The translations under genes were made by a program, and so were the position numbers. From contig JABLTI010000078.1 of the NCBI GenBank assembly GCA_013166835.1, positions 1-12,214 on the forward strand: DNA of 12,214 bases. Direction: 5' to 3'. This DNA is from Promethearchaeati archaeon (GTDB lineage Archaea > Asgardarchaeota > Heimdallarchaeia > JABLTI01). Positions 1 to 7,618 of this stretch are shown here, piece by piece. Numbering within the stretch: position 1 is the first letter of the stretch; each line of letters begins with the position of its first letter. Below the pieces are notes generated by a model. It saw nothing but the letters and a program-made list of their open reading frames with translations. It was not told the DNA's origin and searched no databases.

Positions 1-1317
1 TATCAGATGAAACAGAATTTTCCACTAGCGCAAGAAACTTTTGAGCAAATTATCAAAATTGATAAGAATGATTTTCCATCTTGGAACAACCTTGGGAATG
101 TTCACTTAGCAAAGAAAGAATACAAGAAAGCGATTAAATGTTATGAAAAGGCGCTTAAGATTCAACCAAATTATTATCTCTCAATGCACAACATTGGAAA
201 TGCATATGGGAACATGGGAGATTTCAAAAAAGCAATAGAGTATTTCGAAGAAGCATTGAAAGTAAAACCTGATTTCCTACCATCCTTAAGCTATATTGCT
301 TTAGCATATACGAACTTGAATAATTATGATAAGGTAGTTGAATACCAGAAGAAAATGCTGGAAATAACACCAGACGATATAAAAATTACCTTTGGATTAG
401 GATTTTCATATTTAAGGATGGGCAAATACAAGGAATCAATTATTGAATATGAGAAAGTGCTTGAAAGTGATCCTAAAAACATGGATGCCTTGTTTAATAT
501 TGCCCTAGCGTATTCACACTTGAAAGAATTTGCAAAAGCAATTAGTCACTTTGAAACTGTTCTTGAAAACAATCCAAAGGATTACGAAGTTTTAGCAAGG
601 ATAGGAAAATGTTATTTTGACTCAGGTAATTTCGAGCAAGCTGTTGATTATTATCAAAAATGTTTAGATATTCAACCAGATTTAGTGGTTGTTTTGGTAG
701 ATATAGCTATTGCTTATTTTAATTTGAATAAGAAAGAAGAAGCACTCAAAAACTATCAAAAAGCTTGGGAATTAGAACCGAAGAATCTTACATTCATTTT
801 TGATATTGGAAGAATCTATATTGAGATGAATGAACTAGATAAAGCAATTCACATGTACAAACAAGCTTTGGAAATCGATGAAAAGTATGAACTTGCATGG
901 TCTCAAATAGCTTACTTGTACATGAAAACTAAAAATTACGAGGAAGCTTTGCTTTATAGTGAAAAATCAATTGAATTAAATCCTAATAACTATAATGTCT
1001 ACAATAATCTTGGGTATGTCTACTTAGGAATGGATGATCTCGAGAAAGCAATAGAGTGTTGGGAAAAATCTCTGGAATTAAATCCAGAATATGCATATGC
1101 TTGGCATTCTTTAGGTGAAGGATATGAAAAGAAAGAGGAACTAGAAAAAGCATTAAAGTTTTACATGAAAGCTTTGTCTATACATCCTGAAACTCAAATT
1201 TTCATTGATTCAGTAAAGCTACTTTATGAAAAACTTGGGAAAGAATACAATCTAAAATTAGTGCAAAAAGAAGCAGAAAAATTGAAGGGCAAAAAGATGG
1301 ATCCCAAGAATCCCTGA
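1..1317 (+). CDS. Tetratricopeptide repeat protein (11 complete TPRs plus a partial one), 5'-truncated at the window edge
   Basis: There are eleven consecutive 34-aa units with TPR consensus, e.g. SWNNLGNVHLAKKEYKKAIKCYEKALKIQP and AWHSLGEGYEKKEELEKALKFYMKALSIHP. The frame is open to base 1 (TAT CAG ATG), and the first residues look like the second helix of a TPR, so ATG at 7 is probably internal. Confidence 0.93.
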   Translation, partial: YQMKQNFPLAQETFEQIIKIDKNDFPSWNNLGNVHLAKKEYKKAIKCYEKALKIQPNYYLSMHNIGNAYGNMGDFKKAIEYFEEALKVKPDFLPSLSYIALAYTNLNNYDKVVEYQKKMLEITPDDIKITFGLGFSYLRMGKYKESIIEYEKVLESDPKNMDALFNIALAYSHLKEFAKAISHFETVLENNPKDYEVLARIGKCYFDSGNFEQAVDYYQKCLDIQPDLVVVLVDIAIAYFNLNKKEEALKNYQKAWELEPKNLTFIFDIGRIYIEMNELDKAIHMYKQALEIDEKYELAWSQIAYLYMKTKNYEEALLYSEKSIELNPNNYNVYNNLGYVYLGMDDLEKAIECWEKSLELNPEYAYAWHSLGEGYEKKEELEKALKFYMKALSIHPETQIFIDSVKLLYEKLGKEYNLKLVQKEAEKLKGKKMDPKNP

Positions 1318-1344
1318 ATTAAAGACTATATTTTTTCTGAGTGA

Positions 1345-3480
1345 TCATTGCCTATTTTTCTTAATATATCTATAAAAGAAGAAGGTAGCAACAGGGATAA
1401 TTATTAGCATAATGTAATAATTATTTGGAGAAAAGCCCATTTTTATTTGAACAATATCTGATACTGGTCCCCAAAACACGCTGCTTGGTTCTGAATTCAT
1501 CGTTCTGAATCGACATCTAAAATAGTATTCATGCCCACTCAATTGACTCACATCGAATTCTTCTATAAACCAGGTATTTGTAATATTATCCCATTCCAAA
1601 TCTCCAGTATAAATTGTAGTGGCACCATCAAAATAGAATAGCTGCCATTTAGCTTGTCTTTGATCACTGCCATATACATACTTTTCAGATATTTGATGAT
1701 TGTTTAGTTGTATATTTTGGTAATCTTGCACAGCAGTGATTGCTGAGGCTCCTAAAGTATTACTTTTTTCGAAATAATGAATTTGAGGTTTTGAGCTTGA
1801 CAGAATATGGTTTCTTGTTTTGAATAAATGAATCCCATTATGACGAGCATAATTGTAATAATATACTGAATATGGTGTCTCATATTCTGTTCCAATTGGC
1901 AAATTCGAAAGATTAAATTTAATCACAATAAAACACTCAACAAATTCAGTTGTTAAAACCCACCCGATATCCATATTTGTTGCAGACCAAGTTTTAGTTT
2001 GATTATTAAATTCAAGTTGTCCATGAACAGGATTACCTTGTGTATCTATCACAGGAACTCCAAAGACATAATTTGGATAAATAATATCATAACTTCCATA
2101 ATACAATATCCATTCAGCTAAGTTCACATTAGAATCATTTACTATTTCATAACCAGGATTATTTTCTAGTGCTGGAGTTGCATCAGAAATATTTACACTA
2201 AATGCATCAGATAGATATTCATAATGGAAATCCGGAAATGTCATGTTAAAGAAATTAAAATGAAAAATCTCCGAAGTTAGATTACTCCAAATATAAGAAG
2301 ACTTTGTAGTTTGGAAGCAATAAATAAGACTGTGTGTGGTATTAAATGCCATTCCATTCGTCAAGGATTTTGGATAAAACCATTTCTTTGAAACATTATT
2401 ATACACAAATTGATTGTTTTCCTCAGACATAGATATAATTAATGATGTTTGATCATAGTATAAGTAATAAAATTCTGCTTTTGATGTGTTTTCTTCTGTT
2501 AAAATATTGGTGCTTGAATTATCAGAAAAAGTAACTTCAAATTCCGGGATTTCAATTTGTCCATCGGAATCATAAAACGTGAAGCTTGGATCTGGTAAAC
2601 TTATGTACTGTAAATTTGCTTCAATAATTGCTGCGTTTATACTGGAATAAATTGCTTCTACAGAATATTCCAAACAAGTTTCAACATCATCATGATATGA
2701 ACTAATCCATTGATTCGCATGAAGAATCGAGTCATTAAAATTATCACCTAAACCTTGAGCAACTGGATGAATATTTTTAGCTAGATTTATTGTGGCATTG
2801 TATGCATCTTCATCCGCTACAATTGCAGGTTCTAGATTGAAATAATCATTCTTTATGTTTGTATAATTAAGAAATCTAAAATTGATTTCTATTTGTGGTA
2901 AACTATTAATCACATTTCCCCTTTCGATTGCTAATTCAAAATCTGTCCAATTCTCTTGACTTAGCGTCCCCCACAAGGTTTCATCCCAAATTGATCCCCA
3001 AACACCTGCTTGAGAAATGTAATGACTAAGAGCTCCAGCATAAAATGCTGCTAAGGAATAATTGGGATGTATCTTCTTCAATTCAAGAACGAGTTTAATG
3101 TATTCTTCACTTGCTCTTAAAGCAAGGGAATCATTAGTAACACTCGTTCCTAAAACATCGAGATATAACACATAACTATTGATGTCTCCATAATCATTAC
3201 TGTCTAATCCATGTTGAATGCAGGCTTCATCATTCAGTGCTGCTTCTACTCCCTGCCAAAAACTCAAGTAGTTAATAGTTATCCATTGAATTTGGGCATC
3301 AAGGAATAATTTGATAGCTTCAATAGCCAACCACTGATGAGTAGAGAAAGATGGATTTGTTGCTAATTGAGGATTCTCCGTAATCTCAGCAAACCAACTT
3401 TTCGAGTTTTGAGGGAATGCAACTACAAATAATGATAAGAGTATGCAAAATTTGATTATCCTAAAATCTCTCTTCAACAC
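1345..3480 (-). CDS. Secreted, C-terminally anchored protein with an N-terminal Zn-dependent phospholipase C/S1-P1 nuclease-like domain and three beta-rich repeats
   Basis: GTG start with GAGG just upstream. A signal peptide ends SKS|W, followed by 'W...STHQWLAIEA' and 'AAFYAGALSHYISQ', which match the W...H and GxxxHYxxD pattern of the PLC/P1 fold. The C-terminus has a hydrophobic helix plus a basic tail (YIMLIIIPVATFFFYRYIKKNRQ), and the protein has many N-x-S/T sequons. Confidence 0.6.
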   Translation of the reverse strand: MLKRDFRIIKFCILLSLFVVAFPQNSKSWFAEITENPQLATNPSFSTHQWLAIEAIKLFLDAQIQWITINYLSFWQGVEAALNDEACIQHGLDSNDYGDINSYVLYLDVLGTSVTNDSLALRASEEYIKLVLELKKIHPNYSLAAFYAGALSHYISQAGVWGSIWDETLWGTLSQENWTDFELAIERGNVINSLPQIEINFRFLNYTNIKNDYFNLEPAIVADEDAYNATINLAKNIHPVAQGLGDNFNDSILHANQWISSYHDDVETCLEYSVEAIYSSINAAIIEANLQYISLPDPSFTFYDSDGQIEIPEFEVTFSDNSSTNILTEENTSKAEFYYLYYDQTSLIISMSEENNQFVYNNVSKKWFYPKSLTNGMAFNTTHSLIYCFQTTKSSYIWSNLTSEIFHFNFFNMTFPDFHYEYLSDAFSVNISDATPALENNPGYEIVNDSNVNLAEWILYYGSYDIIYPNYVFGVPVIDTQGNPVHGQLEFNNQTKTWSATNMDIGWVLTTEFVECFIVIKFNLSNLPIGTEYETPYSVYYYNYARHNGIHLFKTRNHILSSSKPQIHYFEKSNTLGASAITAVQDYQNIQLNNHQISEKYVYGSDQRQAKWQLFYFDGATTIYTGDLEWDNITNTWFIEEFDVSQLSGHEYYFRCRFRTMNSEPSSVFWGPVSDIVQIKMGFSPNNYYIMLIIIPVATFFFYRYIKKNRQ

Positions 3481-3570
3481 TTTTCCTCATCTATTATTAA
3501 TAGGAGACAATTAGGTATAATGTTTTTTGTTGTTTTCTATAATAAAAAATTCCACAATTATTTCAAGACG

Positions 3571-3616
3571 GAAAAGAAAAAGAAAAGAGAATATGTCTAT
3601 TATGTAATAGACATAT
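3571..3616 (-). terminator. Hairpin over the stop codon followed by a pyrimidine tract
   Basis: A perfect 12-bp inverted repeat ATATGTCTATTA-TG-TAATAGACATAT lies at 3591-3616 and spans the TAA TAG stops. On the minus strand it is followed by TCTCTTTTCTTTTTCTTTTCC. Confidence 0.6.
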
Positions 3617-4955
3617 CAAAAACTAAGAAATTATTATATTCATCTATGAATCCATTGAATGGATTATCATTTGAATCGCCAGGATAAGCCCAGAAGTCCG
3701 TTCCAATAAAACTCATCGTTCCATAACCAGCGACAAAGAGATACAATAATTCATCATCTAAGTCTGGGAATTCTGATTTTGACATATTGAATTCAAACAT
3801 TCTGTGATCCTCAGAACACTTAACACTTGGTCCATATGACCATGCAATATCATAGTTTCCTTGAGATATAGTATTCTCAATTAACGTAGTTAGGTAAGTT
3901 GTTCGCATTCTTAGGGCTAAATAATCAATGTTTAATTCATATGCTGTTGGATGGGTTGCATTATAATTATTCCAACAATGAATTGTAAAATAGAACATCC
4001 CATTAGAAGCATTGACTCCAGAATGATCAAAATCAACACTACCACTTACTAATGTATCATTTGGAAAATTAATGGTATTCATATCACTTGTGAAATTAGC
4101 TTCATCTGTAAAATTCCCTGGCATGCCATCATGTTCTGCAACACCACAATAGAAATTCTCAGCTTTATTCAAATTCTCAGTATTATTTGCAGTTAAGTTT
4201 GAGGATATAACATAATTCAAACGCAAATCTAACAAATCTGCTAGAAAAGTTGTGATGTTTTGCTCTGGGAATTTCTCTGTTATATTTACGCCAAATTGTA
4301 TGTCAACATAATCCCCAACATCCCAAGTTCCTTCAGGAGTTGTGTTGAATGATTCAAAAGTATAACTCTTATCATCATAATTGTACCAGAAGTCTAGATA
4401 ATTCGAACTTGTGTTTCCATTAATTATTTCAATTGAATCGTATTCGGGAACAATTGGTATTTGATTATATGTTTGCGGAACAATCTCTGTTCCCAAGGAA
4501 TAATCAAATGTTTTACTTTGATTGACATCATAATAGAGATATTCAAAACCATAATTTGTTAGGGCTTGAAATGCTAGGCGAGAATTCAATATATCTGGCA
4601 TTCTATTTGCGAGAAAGTATGAAATCCATTCTCCATTCTTATTATTAGTGCGATCAGAACAAAGATCTAAAGCAATATAGTAGTTTTCTTCGTCTTCTCC
4701 TACACTCAGATAATTCCATCCATCGACGTTTTGCTTTCCTTCTATTGGATCTATCGCATTATCAACATCCAAATAAAATGGAATATTATAATAAGCTGCT
4801 CGTTTCCATTCCTTCTTCTCTATTATCCCATCAACAGTTGGTGTGATTGGTTTTGGGTTATTGGTAAATTGGAAATCATTTCCCCAAACAAACCCAAATA
4901 TGAGAGAAGCACCGGAAACAATAACAATTAAAGATATAGCTAATCCTTTTTTCAT
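3600..4955 (-). CDS. Membrane-anchored or secreted protein with a CBM9/DOMON-like domain and a large insertion
   Basis: It has an N-terminal hydrophobic helix. The motifs PTVDGIIEKKEW, YLSVGEDEENYYIALD and the C-terminal HRMFEFNMSKSEF resemble CBM9/DOMON-like strands. I counted 13 N-x-S/T sequons. Confidence 0.55.
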   Translation of the reverse strand: MKKGLAISLIVIVSGASLIFGFVWGNDFQFTNNPKPITPTVDGIIEKKEWKRAAYYNIPFYLDVDNAIDPIEGKQNVDGWNYLSVGEDEENYYIALDLCSDRTNNKNGEWISYFLANRMPDILNSRLAFQALTNYGFEYLYYDVNQSKTFDYSLGTEIVPQTYNQIPIVPEYDSIEIINGNTSSNYLDFWYNYDDKSYTFESFNTTPEGTWDVGDYVDIQFGVNITEKFPEQNITTFLADLLDLRLNYVISSNLTANNTENLNKAENFYCGVAEHDGMPGNFTDEANFTSDMNTINFPNDTLVSGSVDFDHSGVNASNGMFYFTIHCWNNYNATHPTAYELNIDYLALRMRTTYLTTLIENTISQGNYDIAWSYGPSVKCSEDHRMFEFNMSKSEFPDLDDELLYLFVAGYGTMSFIGTDFWAYPGDSNDNPFNGFIDEYNNFLVFDMSIT

Positions 4956-5165
4956 TTTTTAATCACTAATTACTATAGAACACGAAAATACTAAAGGAAT
5001 CTCTGAGTATGGTTGTCTTTACGTTGGGAAGGTTCAAATTAGGTTTCAATTATGTCCAATTCCATTTGGTTAGCAAATAAATTTAATAAAATAAGTACGC
5101 ATGAAACGTTTTCTGGATTATATTTAGTTTTTTAACCATTTCTTCTCACAAATTTAATCGTTCTA

Positions 5166-5173
5166 TTTAATAT
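5166..5173 (+). promoter_or_regulatory. Putative archaeal TATA box of a leaderless DM13 transcript
   Basis: TTTAATAT ends 22 nt before the ATG at 5196, and there is no SD-like sequence before that ATG. Confidence 0.45.
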
Positions 5174-5195
5174 TCACTTTCATTATTGTTTAGTT

Positions 5196-5657
5196 ATGAA
5201 GAGAAAAATTATCATAATTGTTCTTTCAGTAATCATACTTGCTGGAACCGGTACTGGGTTAGGGTTATATTTCTGGTTGAATCCACTTGGAGGAGTGAAC
5301 GAACAACTAGAACCGGGGACTGTACTTTCTGATGGAAATTTTGTCGCAATTGATACATCACATTGGGGTACAGGAAAAGTTCAAATTGTGCAATTAGTGA
5401 ATGGAAGTTTACAACTGCAATTTGATAGAGTTGAGATTGCAAATGGACCTGATTTGTATGTATATCTGTCAAATAAAACCTCATTTACAGGTATAGCTGA
5501 TAGTCCTGGTCCTTACGTCGATTTAGGACAATTACCATATAATGAAGGCCGTTTTAGCATGGATATTCCAGGAAGTACAAACCTAACAGAAGTAAACTCA
5601 GTTCTAATTTGGTGCTTAGCATTTACAGTCGTATTTACCTATGCTTCACTAAGTTAA
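5196..5657 (+). CDS. DM13 domain protein with an N-terminal membrane anchor
   Basis: It shows DM13 hallmarks: G-x-F...H-x-G-x-G-x-V, NGPDLYVYLS, VDLGQL and SVLIWCLAFTVVF. The N-terminus is MKRK followed by a transmembrane helix. Confidence 0.9.
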   Translation: MKRKIIIIVLSVIILAGTGTGLGLYFWLNPLGGVNEQLEPGTVLSDGNFVAIDTSHWGTGKVQIVQLVNGSLQLQFDRVEIANGPDLYVYLSNKTSFTGIADSPGPYVDLGQLPYNEGRFSMDIPGSTNLTEVNSVLIWCLAFTVVFTYASLS

Positions 5658-5713
5658 TTAAAGAAATAAAAGAAAGAGATCTAGTACAATAGGTTTTGAG
5701 TAGATAAAAGAAT

Positions 5714-5745
5714 GTGAAGAAATGAATCTTCACTTTTTATTTATT
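5714..5745. terminator. Probable bidirectional terminator hairpin between the convergent DM13 gene and hdrB
   Basis: GTGAAGA-AATGAA-TCTTCAC (5714-5733) is followed by TTTTTATTTATT on the plus strand and ATTCTTTT on the minus strand. A further minus-strand U-rich tract lies at about 5660-5680. Confidence 0.55.
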
Positions 5746-6603
5746 GACTAATTCTTCCCAACCAGTGAGATTGAATTGCAATCCAAGTTTTTCTTCATCC
5801 ATACCTAAAGCTAAACCAATGTACTGAGAAAGATACATAGCAGGGAGTTTCACGTCCTTTCCTAAAACTTTTCCAGCAACATCTTGGGAAGCTCCCAATT
5901 GTTTGTGGCAGAAGGGACAAATATTCGCAATGCTATTGTAACCTCTTAGTTTCATGATTTCGACTTTTTCTCCTGAAACTTTAAGCGCTTTTTCCGCATC
6001 AACACCAATAGTTGTTGCAGAACAACAGTCAAGAAGTTCAGGATATGCAGGAGATTTTGCACCAAGGACTTCTAAAATCTCTTGGATGTGAGTTGGTTGT
6101 TCGTGATGATCAGGACGCTTAATGGTCTTGGGTCTAATAGCATGGCAACCGTAATGTGCTGCAGTAACAAATCCTTTAAGCTTCTTTTTTACGCTCTTCT
6201 GTATCTTCTCGAGACCAATGTCTTCATAGAGAATCTCAAGAATATTTCTTACGGGAAGAGAACCATCATAATGTAAGCCTTCTTTTGCTAAAGCTTCATT
6301 GATTAATTCAACTATATCCGGATGATGCTCTAATTCATGATCCAATTCACTTAATGAGAGATCGCAACCATTACAAATTGTTGCAATTGCTTCATAGCCT
6401 TGTTTCTTTGCTAATGCATGAACTCTGGCAGCTAAGAACGCCCACATAGAATGCTTTGTAGTTTTTATTGGTGTTCCACAACAGCTTTGATCTTCTATAT
6501 CTTGAAAATCGATCCCATAATGTGTTAAAATTGCTCGAGAGCTTATCTCGTTTTCGTAACTATCAGCTTGAGAGGTACAACCTGTGAAGAAACCGTATTT
6601 CAT
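5737..6603 (-). CDS. hdrB: Heterodisulfide reductase subunit B (two CCG domains)
   Basis: All ten Cys of two CCG domains are present: GC...SCCG...ICNGC and HYGCH...DCCS...ICPFC. The C-terminus reads SQYIGLALG. It overlaps hdrC by ATGA and has GGAGG at 6611-6615. Confidence 0.95.
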   Translation of the reverse strand: MKYGFFTGCTSQADSYENEISSRAILTHYGIDFQDIEDQSCCGTPIKTTKHSMWAFLAARVHALAKKQGYEAIATICNGCDLSLSELDHELEHHPDIVELINEALAKEGLHYDGSLPVRNILEILYEDIGLEKIQKSVKKKLKGFVTAAHYGCHAIRPKTIKRPDHHEQPTHIQEILEVLGAKSPAYPELLDCCSATTIGVDAEKALKVSGEKVEIMKLRGYNSIANICPFCHKQLGASQDVAGKVLGKDVKLPAMYLSQYIGLALGMDEEKLGLQFNLTGWEELVNK

Positions 6604-7139
6604 TTTTCTTCCTCCGCTTTCTTTATTTCAAGTACTTGGTCAGCTCCTACTATTTTCAGAGCTTCCTGGAATTTTTCAGGATCTTTTATCCCTCTTGCTG
6701 GTAATTCTAAATCTTCTCTAGTGAGAAAATCGAAATCAGTTGTTTGCGCTTCTCGAGGTTGAATGATCGCTCCATTTGCTTTTACTGCTCGGATCATTTC
6801 TGTGAATACTTTTGGTGGAGCTATCCCACGATTAACAGCAATATTAGTTAGTGAACTGATGGTTTGTACTGGAGAGGTATTCATTGGGCATCTCGTTTGG
6901 CAAGTTAAACAATTCATACAATACCACAGAATGCCTGACTCTATTAGATCTTCAACAAAACCCATATGAGCTGCCACTTGGATTTTATGCGGTGCAAACC
7001 CTTCAAAGATTTTGTTTGCAGGACATCCATTTGTACATTTTATACAAGTATAGCAGTCCTCTGGTTTAGCTTCATCTGAGATAGCTTTTATTTTATTAGC
7101 TAGCTCTTTATCTCGAGAACTGTATTCGATAGTATCCAA
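6600..7139 (-). CDS. hdrC: Heterodisulfide reductase subunit C (2x[4Fe-4S])
   Basis: It has CYTCIKCTNGCP and LWYCMNCLTCQTRCP motifs, a TTG start with GGAGG at 7147-7151, and sits directly before hdrB. Confidence 0.93.
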   Translation of the reverse strand: MDTIEYSSRDKELANKIKAISDEAKPEDCYTCIKCTNGCPANKIFEGFAPHKIQVAAHMGFVEDLIESGILWYCMNCLTCQTRCPMNTSPVQTISSLTNIAVNRGIAPPKVFTEMIRAVKANGAIIQPREAQTTDFDFLTREDLELPARGIKDPEKFQEALKIVGADQVLEIKKAEEEK

Positions 7140-7153
7140 GATTATTCCTCCAA

Positions 7154-7600
7154 CTATTTATTTAGAGGGCTTGGTCCAAGCTCTCTGAGCTTATCTACCA
7201 TCTCGATTACAGTATCTGCGAATTTATTTCCTTCACCTGCTGAGATAAATTCTAAACGCAATCGGTCTTTCTCTATCAGAAATGAGTCCATCAATTTATG
7301 AAGCAAATTCACTCTCTTGTAGGTTTTATAGTTCTGTGAAATATAATGACAATCACCAAGGTGACAAGCAGCAATAAGTACTCCATCAGCTCCGTTCTCA
7401 AACGCGTCAATTACGAATTGTGGATCAACTCTGCCTGAACACATGGTTCTAATAATTCTGATATTTGGTGGATATTTTAATCTTGAGAGTCCAGCCAAAT
7501 CTGCTCCTGCATAAGAACACCAATTACAGCAAAAAGCCAGTAAATTGGGTTCAAATGTCTGATCTTTATTTTTAACAACGGTGGTTGCTTTTTGGTTCAT
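7154..7600 (-). CDS. mvhD: MvhD/FlpD [2Fe-2S] electron-transfer subunit
   Basis: The motifs FCCNWCSYAGADLAG, RTMCSGRVDP, ACHLGDCHY and ISAGEGNKFA are present, with SD-like GGGGGT at 7608-7613. Confidence 0.96.
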   Translation of the reverse strand: MNQKATTVVKNKDQTFEPNLLAFCCNWCSYAGADLAGLSRLKYPPNIRIIRTMCSGRVDPQFVIDAFENGADGVLIAACHLGDCHYISQNYKTYKRVNLLHKLMDSFLIEKDRLRLEFISAGEGNKFADTVIEMVDKLRELGPSPLNK

Positions 7601-7618
7601 ATCTTTGACCCCCGAAAT

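Noticed and set aside
5101-5127. 8-codon ORF MKRFLDYI upstream of DM13
   Set aside because: It is short enough to arise by chance and lies upstream of the likely TATA box.
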